Origin: a virus
Taxonomy: Duplodnaviria; Caudoviricetes
IMG/VR virus record: IMGVR_UViG_3300044580_000569
Location: 1 to 41,166 of that record
Length of the DNA stretch: 41,166 nucleotides
Strand: one strand, 5' to 3'
Shown: positions 10,036-18,419 of the stretch, in pieces
Position numbering within the stretch: position 1 is the stretch's first letter
Layout of the letters: the number at the start of each line of letters is the position of its first letter
Position numbers and translations under genes: made by a program
The notes under the pieces: generated by a model
What the model saw: the letters and a program-made list of their open reading frames with translations, nothing else
What the model was told of the DNA's origin: nothing
Databases searched by the model: none

Positions 10036-11142
10036 TTATTGACCGTCGTTCCACCCACTTGATGTCTGAGTAACATTCAGGAAAACAAGAGAGGCGCGAT
10101 TGATGAGTGCTGGTTGTACGTATGCTTCGGCCATCGTCACTTCAAGCATTGGGTTCAATTCTGAATAAACGGTAGTTTTGGCATATTTTCCTTGCACCTG
10201 AAGTGCGTCGGTATTCTGGATCATTGGAACCGGTTTGTAATATGTCCATCCCAGCTGAGGAGTTGGAGACAAAACAACGGCCTTTTCATTCCAAGGTTTC
10301 AGCGTTGTTTGTGATCCATCTTTTCCTTCGATAGTTACGTAAGAGTCAATCACCAAAATTTGGGGATATCCTTTTCCGCGCATGTACGCGTTTACGTTTT
10401 CAATCGATAGAACTTCTGTTGAAGTCAAACCGGAAACATTGATAATAACTGATGCGACTCTTTTAGCTGTTGCTGTTTGAGCGATCAGGTTTTCAAACGC
10501 TGCCACTTCCATGATTGCGTACATCGGCTTTTTCAGACCTTTTTTGGCGATATCTTTCTGGGCTTTTACCAAGTCAGCGATACCGTCGGCAGAAGCATCG
10601 CTCCATGCTTTTGCAACTCCTTTGAAGTTTGCCGCAGGTATGTTGAAGTCGATGACATCGGCGGTGGCGTTTTCGCCTTCGATGCTTGCAGGGAATGTGT
10701 GTTTCCCGGCCGATCCAATACGCAGCGCGTCGAGTTCTACGCGGTAGTCGATACCGTCGTTGCACGCCTTGATATCATCATACACCAAGTCAACCAAATA
10801 ACGAGCCGTAGCTTTGTCTTCGGTGTTGGCTGCTGCGATAGTTTTCAGGTCATTGTACTCGTTGATTGAGACTTCGTCTTTCACTTTAGAAATAGAAATT
10901 TTCCCGAGTTTTCCACTCCAGGAGCCTACTTTCTTCCTGGTCTTGATAGGCGATTTCACGTTAAAGGCTACCCTGTCTGCTGAGATAGGTATTCCTTCTT
11001 CCCCTTCGATTCCTTTGATATCAAATTTCGGGGTGTATTTCAATGGGAACAACGCAGCCCATGCCAGTCCCGTTCCGGGTTTATAGCTATTCACTTCGGC
11101 CTGCATTCCCGGTATGTCAATGTCAAATAATGGCTTGTTCAT
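10036..11142 (-). CDS. Major capsid protein (phage capsid E-like)
   Basis: 368 aa after scaffold and decoration genes. LFP..., IDFNIPA...W...ADGIADL pattern. Confidence 0.88.
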   Translation of the reverse strand: MNKPLFDIDIPGMQAEVNSYKPGTGLAWAALFPLKYTPKFDIKGIEGEEGIPISADRVAFNVKSPIKTRKKVGSWSGKLGKISISKVKDEVSINEYNDLKTIAAANTEDKATARYLVDLVYDDIKACNDGIDYRVELDALRIGSAGKHTFPASIEGENATADVIDFNIPAANFKGVAKAWSDASADGIADLVKAQKDIAKKGLKKPMYAIMEVAAFENLIAQTATAKRVASVIINVSGLTSTEVLSIENVNAYMRGKGYPQILVIDSYVTIEGKDGSQTTLKPWNEKAVVLSPTPQLGWTYYKPVPMIQNTDALQVQGKYAKTTVYSELNPMLEVTMAEAYVQPALINRASLVFLNVTQTSSGWNDGQ

Positions 11143-11144
11143 TT

Positions 11145-11723
11145 TTATACGAGATTAATGGTTGGTAACAATGCGGCCACTTCAGCAGAAATGTTCGCGG
11201 TTTCTTTTCTCAGGTTGGCTCCGTTCACCAATTTAACCAGCTTGTCGCCTTCGTTTGGTTCGATAGCCTGTCCGGTTACAAATAAAGGAGTCAGGAGAGG
11301 TTCTGCGAGGACTGCTGGAGTTTCACCGTCAGCTGCTGCGCTTTCTACTTTTGATTGGTAGAGAACTGTTCCGGCCGAGATGGCCACTCCAAGGGTTACG
11401 GTGACAACATCTTTGTCATCGTTGGTGGTTGTGTCTACTGCGGTACACTTTACTCCGGTATCTCCATGAGCGATAATGTCATCTACTGCCACTCCGCTAC
11501 CTTTTGCGATTTCGATTGATGTATCGGTAGTCTTCACTTCCTTAAGCAATCGATAGGCCTTGATAGGCACGAATTTTCCAGAGGAGAGACCGACTGCGGT
11601 TCCCTCTAACACTCTGAAGGTCTGATTTGCAACCAGACCACCACCCGGTTTTTCAGCGTAGATCTGTTCGAATACAACAGGATCGTTGGCCTCGGGGCTG
11701 GTATATTTAAAATTTACATTCAT
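11145..11723 (-). CDS. Head decoration/cement protein
   Basis: 192 aa between scaffold and capsid genes. Confidence 0.6.
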   Translation of the reverse strand: MNVNFKYTSPEANDPVVFEQIYAEKPGGGLVANQTFRVLEGTAVGLSSGKFVPIKAYRLLKEVKTTDTSIEIAKGSGVAVDDIIAHGDTGVKCTAVDTTTNDDKDVVTVTLGVAISAGTVLYQSKVESAAADGETPAVLAEPLLTPLFVTGQAIEPNEGDKLVKLVNGANLRKETANISAEVAALLPTINLV

Positions 11724-11750
11724 TTTTTTGTGTTGTTTAAAAAGTTAAAC

Positions 11751-12458
11751 TTATTTTGTGGGTAATCCCTTTATCACAGATGATGCGGCTGCATTTGCTT
11801 TTCTCTCCTCGATTCGCTCTTTTACCTGTGCTGGCGGTTCCTTTTCGACGGTACCTTTTCCACCCGGAGGTGTTGAAAACACTACACCTTTTTGCTCGAT
11901 TTGAGTAATGAATGGCTCGATTTCCGTTTTGATTTCATTCAGGTAGGTGTCGAATTCCTCATCATTTTCAAAGTTCATTTTCGCTACTGATTTCTTGTAG
12001 CTGTTTTTGAGCTGCTCCGGTGCTTTGATTTCTTCCAGTAACTTTTCCAGCCGGCTTGCTCTTGTGGTTACGACTTTCTCTCCTTCGATGGCTTTGATTT
12101 TTGCTTCGAGAGCTTGATTGCTTTCGATCAGTTTCTTTGCCCATTCAGGTGTGTCATCCCCATCTGGTTTTTTACTTCCTTCTGGTTTTTTTGGTTCCTG
12201 TGGTTCTGCCGCGATTGGTTTCCCTTCTTTGAGGCCGTGTTTCTTTTCGTAGTTAGCGATTGCTGTGCTTGTTGCTTCGGTTACCCGGCTATCTGCATAG
12301 CTGTCTATAACTTGCTGCATGGTCACTCCTGCTACTGCAGTCTCGACCTGATCTTCGCTGGTTACAGTCTTCGCCAATTTATCGGCTATCCTGCTAAGTA
12401 CTGAGTCCTGAATGTCCGCGTATTTGGCTTTCAGTCCTTCTAAAATCTTGTTTTTCAT
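11751..12458 (-). CDS. Capsid scaffolding protein
   Basis: 235 aa charged helical protein with PEWAK motif, upstream of capsid genes. Confidence 0.7.
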   Translation of the reverse strand: MKNKILEGLKAKYADIQDSVLSRIADKLAKTVTSEDQVETAVAGVTMQQVIDSYADSRVTEATSTAIANYEKKHGLKEGKPIAAEPQEPKKPEGSKKPDGDDTPEWAKKLIESNQALEAKIKAIEGEKVVTTRASRLEKLLEEIKAPEQLKNSYKKSVAKMNFENDEEFDTYLNEIKTEIEPFITQIEQKGVVFSTPPGGKGTVEKEPPAQVKERIEERKANAAASSVIKGLPTK

Positions 12459-12502
12459 TGCGTCTCGTTTTTGAGTTTTTTATTTGTGATAAATGTCAGC
12501 CA

Positions 12503-12545
12503 CAAATATATGAAATTATTTCTTAAAATGAGTATATTATACTCA
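12503..12545 (-). promoter_or_regulatory. Late (head/tail operon) promoter: -7 box plus palindromic site
   Basis: TATATTTG (12510-12503) and perfect inverted repeat TGAGTATA-T-TATACTCA (12529-12545). Confidence 0.7.
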
Positions 12546-12606
12546 GATTATTTAGTATTAATTAGCTTATTTATTAAGATTATTTAGCTATAAACCAGCC
12601 GATTAG

Positions 12607-12638
12607 TTTGTTTTATTCAGTAAAAAACACTATCTTAG
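12607..12638 (+). promoter_or_regulatory. Promoter of accessory island, unit 1
   Basis: TTTG-N20-TATCTTAG, a variant of the Bacteroidota TTTG-N19/21-TAnnTTTG consensus. Confidence 0.6.
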
Positions 12639-12678
12639 ATGTGTAATAAAGAAGTTAAACCCTCAAAAATTGATAAAA

Positions 12679-12999
12679 ATGAAAACTGTAAATTTTAAAA
12701 ACGCTTTTCTGATGATCTATGCTTCCGTTCCTTTCTGTAATTCTTTTTTCTCTTGCGATGCTAAAGTTCAGATTTGTTTCTGTGATCGTGATAATTTCGA
12801 TTTGGATGTTGTTGAATACAATAACTGTATGAACCTGGTTACAAACCAACCGATAACAATCGAAAATGCGAGAGCTGCATTCCTTGCTTTTGGTATCGAA
12901 ATGGATGAGGTGATTGATAATGCTGTTTCGGCTCATCTAACTAAAACCGAGATCGCTTCTCTGGTTTCTTTGGCAATCGCGAAAATCTTAAAAAAATAA
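12679..12999 (+). CDS. Hypothetical protein (accessory island)
   Basis: A-rich leader and ATG MKTVNF start. Confidence 0.7.
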   Translation: MKTVNFKNAFLMIYASVPFCNSFFSCDAKVQICFCDRDNFDLDVVEYNNCMNLVTNQPITIENARAAFLAFGIEMDEVIDNAVSAHLTKTEIASLVSLAIAKILKK

Positions 13000-13039
13000 T
13001 AACCCTCCGAGCCGGTCTTCCGTCCCGGGTAAAACTCAA

Positions 13040-13282
13040 ATGAATATGAAAACAATTGACGATCTCTTCGATTTGGTTTTGGAACAGACAAATAAAAACA
13101 AAGGTAAGATGGTTCGGTATATGTTCGATATCAGCCAGAGATATAATTGGGTGTCGATGACTCAGGTCGTTGAGCTTTCCGGTGAGAAGAAGGAGAAGGA
13201 GATTTTCTCTAATATGTCTATCGCGACTCCCGAGGAGCTGCAGTTGGTCTACTGGACTATCGTCAACAAAGGCCGCAAATAA
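13040..13282 (+). CDS. Hypothetical protein (accessory island)
   Basis: 80 aa, A-rich leader, tiles with neighbours. Confidence 0.75.
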   Translation: MNMKTIDDLFDLVLEQTNKNKGKMVRYMFDISQRYNWVSMTQVVELSGEKKEKEIFSNMSIATPEELQLVYWTIVNKGRK

Positions 13283-13338
13283 AAAACAATCCGGGAGCTT
13301 GTCTCCCGGGTAATATATAAACTCAAATTCACCGAAAA

Positions 13339-13542
13339 ATGAAAACTCTATTAATCAACGTATCCCAAGCAGCGAGAGCCTATGATGCTCTTGTGGACTC
13401 CTACCTGACTCGCTTCATCAACCAGACCGCATCTAATGCTTACGATTTCGACCCTGAAAAGCTGTTCTTTGGCGAGCCTTTGCAGGATGCTATCGTTGAT
13501 GTAATGGAGCGTTATGGTGTGAATGAATTTGAAATATTATAA
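13339..13542 (+). CDS. Hypothetical acidic protein (accessory island)
   Basis: 67 aa, A-rich leader. Confidence 0.75.
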   Translation: MKTLLINVSQAARAYDALVDSYLTRFINQTASNAYDFDPEKLFFGEPLQDAIVDVMERYGVNEFEIL

Positions 13543-13561
13543 ACCCTTTAATTTTATAAAT

Positions 13562-13783
13562 ATGGACGCTTTAGAATTTATCACAAATTATAAATCATAT
13601 GTGGCTCGAATTGAGGCCATATCTGCTGAAAAATTTCAGCCGGCTATTGATGAAATGTACAGCCGTGATCCTCATGATATGGTATCTCCAAGTACTTATT
13701 TAAATTCGGATGCTGAGGCCGTAGGTCTTGTATTCAGGTTTTTCCGTGTGGAGTGTATTCGTCTCGGTTTGATAAATGAATGA
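13562..13783 (+). CDS. Hypothetical protein (accessory island)
   Basis: 73 aa from ATG 13562 (MDALEF), followed by terminator. Confidence 0.7.
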   Translation: MDALEFITNYKSYVARIEAISAEKFQPAIDEMYSRDPHDMVSPSTYLNSDAEAVGLVFRFFRVECIRLGLINE

Positions 13784-13804
13784 TTCGGCCGGTCATCTTT
13801 CTCC

Positions 13805-13828
13805 GGGAGCTTCGGCTCCCTTTTTTTT
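13805..13828 (+). terminator. Intrinsic terminator
   Basis: GGGAGC-TTCG-GCTCCC followed by T8. Confidence 0.9.
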
Positions 13829-13914
13829 CCGGATCGACCCGGAATTTGCCGCGCTGTCCCGGTGCTTCTCGTTAGTTAATTAGAGTTAATCGACTGAAAA
13901 TAAATGCTTTATAA

Positions 13915-13946
13915 TTTGGTGTATTGAATAGAAAGCACTACCTTAG
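13915..13946 (+). promoter_or_regulatory. Promoter of accessory island, unit 2
   Basis: TTTG-N20-TACCTTAG, near-identical copy at 26773-26804. Confidence 0.65.
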
Positions 13947-13971
13947 AGGTATAAATTAAAAAACAAACGAT

Positions 13972-14334
13972 ATGAAAACTACAAAAACAAAAACTTACGA
14001 AATCAAAATTAAAAGCGCACCCGGTTCGTTCCATAAGATTGGGCATGATGCTTACCCTTCTCTAAATGCAGCACTTAAGGATGTAAAACTATTTTCTGAA
14101 GCGTTTAAGCCAGAATCAATTTTTGTATTCTGCAATGGCCGCATGGTATGTAAAACTGAAAATAAAAACGGTTCTTTCCGGGATCCTTATTATGAAATGT
14201 CTGATGGCTTCCAGTCTTTCTCTTGTGCTGCTGTTAATTCCGGAGATGATCGACTGGTTGCTTTGGCTGCTAATGTTGCAAAGGCTATCAATGAGATAAC
14301 CGACCACCTGAATTCAAATTATTTGTGGGACTAA
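13972..14334 (+). CDS. Hypothetical protein (accessory island)
   Basis: 120 aa, A-rich leader after promoter. Confidence 0.75.
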   Translation: MKTTKTKTYEIKIKSAPGSFHKIGHDAYPSLNAALKDVKLFSEAFKPESIFVFCNGRMVCKTENKNGSFRDPYYEMSDGFQSFSCAAVNSGDDRLVALAANVAKAINEITDHLNSNYLWD

Positions 14335-14351
14335 TCTTAAAATCTGAAATC

Positions 14352-14552
14352 ATGAAAAAGCGAAACGTCACTAAAATAAAAATAACATCCATCCACTCTG
14401 ATGGGATGTGTGGTATTCCTGCTCGTATATTGCTCCAGCGATTTTGTCTTCTCAGGTATTGTGAGAAAGTTGGCGACTCCGAGTCTGTGAATAACTACCA
14501 GCTCGGGTTGCTACGGGAGCATGGTGTTGAATTTGATGTAATTGAGATTTAA
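14352..14552 (+). CDS. Hypothetical protein (accessory island)
   Basis: 66 aa from ATG 14352. Confidence 0.6.
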   Translation: MKKRNVTKIKITSIHSDGMCGIPARILLQRFCLLRYCEKVGDSESVNNYQLGLLREHGVEFDVIEI

Positions 14553-14600
14553 AAATATAATGCTTGTCGGCTGCTCGAGTGTGGAACCGTCGCTTTTAAT

Positions 14601-14960
14601 ATGACTTACTCCGAAATAACGCAGCAGCATGCTCCCTGTGAGAACTGCTTTTTTGCTTTCTCAAATGAGCAATTTAAAGAAGGATTGGCAAAGGCCGGCC
14701 TTAGTGAAAATGATAAAATCTATTCTGCCGGTCATGGCTTGTATGGCACAAAGGAAGGCATTCAGAAGTTTTTTTCATTTTATGATGAGCAAGATAAACG
14801 CATCGCTGCTGAGTGCGATCCGCAGTCGGTTTATGATTATGAATTCGTAAATCATGAGTGTTCATATACTAATGATGACCGCGAGGCGTTCGCCATTGTG
14901 GTTCGGATTTTTGGCGAGGAGACAGCTGGTTCTGTTAAGCGCAGATATGCGTATTCGTGA
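14601..14960 (+). CDS. Hypothetical acidic phage protein (FFAFS.EQF...YEF.NHE motif)
   Basis: 119 aa. Motif pattern recalled from phage/ICE hypothetical proteins. Confidence 0.75.
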   Translation: MTYSEITQQHAPCENCFFAFSNEQFKEGLAKAGLSENDKIYSAGHGLYGTKEGIQKFFSFYDEQDKRIAAECDPQSVYDYEFVNHECSYTNDDREAFAIVVRIFGEETAGSVKRRYAYS

Positions 14961-14984
14961 TTTTCCGGTCTCGTTATTTTTTCG

Positions 14985-14992
14985 TACCTTTG
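14985..14992 (+). promoter_or_regulatory. -7 promoter box for the last two island genes
   Basis: TACCTTTG, a perfect TAnnTTTG, 27 nt before ATG 15020. No clear -33 box. Confidence 0.5.
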
Positions 14993-15019
14993 TGTGTTAT
15001 ACTTAATAAATCCATCCTG

Positions 15020-15277
15020 ATGACTGAAAATAAAAAAATGACTTTTTACCATGTCCGGTTCCGGGAGGCTCCGGACACATCTGGCCAGCTCGACTATTAT
15101 TTTGGTTCGCTGGCGGCAATCTACGACGTGTTTTCTCCCGAGCAGGTCGGCTGTAAAATTGAGAATCTTTGGAATAAGAATCTTAGCTCTGGTGGCTCCT
15201 GGTCTGGTTCCCGGTCGACCGTCACCCGGTGTGAAATGATAAGAAAAAAAACTAACAGAGGAGGGCGTATAAAATGA
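15020..15277 (+). CDS. Hypothetical protein (YYFGSLAAIY motif)
   Basis: 85 aa from ATG 15020, stop overlaps next start (ATGA). Confidence 0.7.
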   Translation: MTENKKMTFYHVRFREAPDTSGQLDYYFGSLAAIYDVFSPEQVGCKIENLWNKNLSSGGSWSGSRSTVTRCEMIRKKTNRGGRIK

Positions 15278-15489
15278 GCGAACCAAAATATAAAGAAGAA
15301 TTAACCGAGGCTATGCATTCGGAGTTTGAAGTCGATCTGGCTACTGAATTACAGCATCGGTGCATCACTCTTTGGTGTCTTGCTGGAGCTAATGAAAACA
15401 AAGAAGATTTCCCGGCCTTGTGCGAGCTTTATGGCGTGACTGTCGATGAGGCTCTGGAGTTGAAGGGTTATTGTTTGAGCTTACTTTAA
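15274..15489 (+). CDS. Hypothetical acidic protein, candidate immunity protein
   Basis: 71 aa, translationally coupled to previous gene, converges on the MuF C-terminus. Confidence 0.65.
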   Translation: MSEPKYKEELTEAMHSEFEVDLATELQHRCITLWCLAGANENKEDFPALCELYGVTVDEALELKGYCLSLL

Positions 15490-15527
15490 AAAAAAGCGCG
15501 GTGTTGTGTCCGCGCTTTTTCTTTTTT
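15488..15527. terminator. Bidirectional intrinsic terminator
   Basis: A8-GCGCGG-loop-CCGCGC-T5 between convergent genes. Confidence 0.88.
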
Positions 15528-18195
15528 AGTTCCCTTTGTATAGGTAGTTTTCAAATATTACCCTCTCCACCGTATTGTTCAGGTTAATGTTGCCATACCA
15601 GTTGCTTTTAATTAACAAATCCTTTCCCCATGGAGTATCTGCAAGTAAGCGCATTGGGAATCTATTTGATTTCGGGTTGTCTTTAAAGTATTTTTCTATA
15701 ATTCCGATTGCCTGTCTTGCTTGTGATTCGCTTAGTTTATTTGCTATTCGACCACCTAAATACTCCGATATTTTGTTTTTATTTACAGAAAAACCGTATC
15801 TTGCCCATGCGTATCCTCCTATATCAATGTTCGCGTGAACCTTGATTTCTTCGACACCTGCGTTTTTGTATTGTTTATATAAACATTGAAATAATTCTTT
15901 TGTAAATCCATTCCCTTGCATTTCTTTCGGTATTGTTAGGAATTCATGGATGACGTACATTTTTCCTTTTGTGTCTGTTTTAAATGTTCTTATCATTCTG
16001 AATTTTTCACCTTTGTATGTTCCGCTTATAATCATTTCGGCTTTACTTTCTTGCAAAAAGAGACCTTGTGTTTTTACAGTCATATTGTTTTTTTTCATTA
16101 ATGCGTTTAAATCAATATTAAATTCTGTCAAATTAAAATCTCGCATCTTTTTTATGTATATATCTTCTATGTTTCCACTTCCTCTTGCTTTAATCGTCCA
16201 TCCTTCATTTTCGAGTGCTTGTCGTTTTTTATAATCCATTCTGTACGACTGAGGTTTGAAGTCGTCCACTTGGTTTGTTATTACCGGGCTTGGCTTTTGA
16301 GTTTTTGCCGCAGCTGGTGCTGGTGTTCTTGTTGCAGTTCCAGCTATGCCTCTTTCGTATCTTCTTATTGCTCTATCGAATTGCTCTACTCGCCAGCTCA
16401 AAGCATTTGGTACCGCTACTGTTCTGTTTGCTATTTCGATAGCTTGTTTTATGTCTATTTCGCTAACTCCAGCGAGTCTTAGTTTGTTTATGTATTCGTT
16501 TGTTAGCCTTGCTCGATATGCGTTTGAGCCTCGTATTATCTCGGCTGCTTCTTCTCTTGTGATGTTGGGTCTCCATCGTTTTTCATTTTCTATAACTGCA
16601 TTTATGTTGCGCAGGCTTACTTCCACTTGGTTTACTAATGGTTTGTTAGCTATTTTCGCTTTCCTCTCATCCCACGCCTTTTGGATTGCCGCTCGCTGTT
16701 CTGGAGTCCTGGCGGCGTGTCTGGCGGCACTTTTTTCGGCGGCTGTTAGGTAATCCTTAACGACTGCGTTTATTTTGGTTTCTCCTCTCCTAATTGCAGC
16801 AGCTGTTCGATGCCATCCGTCGATAACTTTCCATCCTCCTTCTACTGTATATCGTTCGTAGATAACCGGCGGCAGGTTGTCCCACTGTTTTTTTGTCATT
16901 GCTACTAAAGCATCTACTTTCGCTTTATCTGTATTGGTCACATTGTAATTGTTTTGCTCCCATGCAATAATTTTCTCTCGGAGTTGTTCTGTTTTAAACT
17001 CTATTATTTTAGCATCCGGATTGTGTTTTAAGAAATTTCTAAGCTCCTCTGGCATTTTTCTTTGATCCCTTGCTTCATTTACTTCTTTGGCAGTTGGTCG
17101 TGCTGGTTCCGATGCTACCGGTTGTTGTTTGAACCATTCGGTTGTGTTAGTTCCTTTGAAGTTGTCCCTGATAAAGTATGGCTGTGATTTTGCTGTTGCG
17201 ATCCGGTCTTTGTTTTGTTCAGCCCAGTCTTTAAAATTTTGTGGCAGGTCTTTCACTTGGTTTTGGCTGGTGGTGTCGGTTGGCTTTCCTTCCTCGATTT
17301 TCTCGACATCTTGCTGGAGTTCCTCGGGTGTTTTTAGGATCGTTACTGTGTGGCACATGCAGTGGGGATGCCATCCCGTAAATTTAAAATCTTTCGGGTA
17401 CTTTCCCTTCAGTTCGTCGCAGATGTCGTAAACGTGGCCGGGGTTGTTTGTCAGCCGGACTTCAATTCCGACAACAAAGTCGAGCTGTTGGATTCGCTCG
17501 TGGTCTGCCGCGCGGTAGGCCATGTTGGTCTCCGTCCGGGTGAGGCGCATTGCGTTCTTGTAGCTGCTGCGGTAGACTCCCTGTCCCGGATGGTATTGTT
17601 TGGCATTTTTTGAGAGTTGTAGGATTCCATGCTGGTCTCGCACTCTTCTGAATAGTTTGTCCGGCTGCTGGAGGTATTGTTTGAGGTCTCTGGCCATTTG
17701 TCCGGCCGGCAATCCTTCCCGGATTCCAATGTCGAGACCTGCCTCGATTTCCTGTTTAAATCCATTTGTGTACTTCCATACCCGATCGCTGAGTTTCATC
17801 CCGGCTTCCTTCCGGTTGATGAAGGCCTGAAGGGCAGCGTTGTTGTTATTGAAGTATTTTTTAAATTTACCGGGGATATCATCGGTATTTTTTATCCCGA
17901 GTATTCTTTGGGCTATCTGGTCATTTATTAAATTGCTATTTTCCCATTCCGCAGTAATTCCATTTACCACAGTGGTTTGTATTTCTGATTGCATTTTAGC
18001 AGTCATCTTATCGATGCGTGCTTTGGTTCTGGGGTAGTCATCGAAGCTAAAAGGTTTACTGAACAGGTCATTCGCGTTAAATGTTGCACCAATAGCGGCA
18101 GCCTCCTTGATTCCTTCATCAAAGATTGCGTCGATTTGCTTCATATAGCTCTGTATTCTGCGATAGTGCGCCTTTTCCCAGTCCAGTTGGTTCAT
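15526..18195 (-). CDS. Minor head protein (MuF/SPP1 gp7 family) with ParB-like and GNAT-like C-terminal extension
   Basis: RLTRTE and WHPHCMC MuF motifs, LPPV..VIDGWHR ParB/Srx motif, IPKEMQGNG...GGYAWARYGF acetyltransferase-like motifs, position after portal. Confidence 0.85.
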   Translation of the reverse strand: MNQLDWEKAHYRRIQSYMKQIDAIFDEGIKEAAAIGATFNANDLFSKPFSFDDYPRTKARIDKMTAKMQSEIQTTVVNGITAEWENSNLINDQIAQRILGIKNTDDIPGKFKKYFNNNNAALQAFINRKEAGMKLSDRVWKYTNGFKQEIEAGLDIGIREGLPAGQMARDLKQYLQQPDKLFRRVRDQHGILQLSKNAKQYHPGQGVYRSSYKNAMRLTRTETNMAYRAADHERIQQLDFVVGIEVRLTNNPGHVYDICDELKGKYPKDFKFTGWHPHCMCHTVTILKTPEELQQDVEKIEEGKPTDTTSQNQVKDLPQNFKDWAEQNKDRIATAKSQPYFIRDNFKGTNTTEWFKQQPVASEPARPTAKEVNEARDQRKMPEELRNFLKHNPDAKIIEFKTEQLREKIIAWEQNNYNVTNTDKAKVDALVAMTKKQWDNLPPVIYERYTVEGGWKVIDGWHRTAAAIRRGETKINAVVKDYLTAAEKSAARHAARTPEQRAAIQKAWDERKAKIANKPLVNQVEVSLRNINAVIENEKRWRPNITREEAAEIIRGSNAYRARLTNEYINKLRLAGVSEIDIKQAIEIANRTVAVPNALSWRVEQFDRAIRRYERGIAGTATRTPAPAAAKTQKPSPVITNQVDDFKPQSYRMDYKKRQALENEGWTIKARGSGNIEDIYIKKMRDFNLTEFNIDLNALMKKNNMTVKTQGLFLQESKAEMIISGTYKGEKFRMIRTFKTDTKGKMYVIHEFLTIPKEMQGNGFTKELFQCLYKQYKNAGVEEIKVHANIDIGGYAWARYGFSVNKNKISEYLGGRIANKLSESQARQAIGIIEKYFKDNPKSNRFPMRLLADTPWGKDLLIKSNWYGNINLNNTVERVIFENYLYKGN

Positions 18196-18199
18196 CTTC

Positions 18200-18409
18200 C
18201 TATTTAATCTTTATCCATCGACTGTTTATAGTGTCACCCGTTTCAATTACTCCGGCCTGCTCTAATTCAAAAACGGCCAGGGCTATGCTCTGGTGTTTTA
18301 TTTCCGGCATGGACTGTGTGAGCTGGTGGAGTGTGATGTGTTCCGGGTGTACCTTTTCTTTTCTCTCTTGTGTTAGCTCGATGATTTTTGCTTTGATTTG
18401 TTCTATCAT
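18200..18409 (-). CDS. Small winged-helix-like hypothetical protein
   Basis: 69 aa from ATG 18409 filling the portal-MuF gap. Helix-helix-LEQAGVI-beta hairpin pattern. Confidence 0.6.
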   Translation of the reverse strand: MIEQIKAKIIELTQERKEKVHPEHITLHQLTQSMPEIKHQSIALAVFELEQAGVIETGDTINSRWIKIK

Positions 18410-18419
18410 GATGTCGTGT

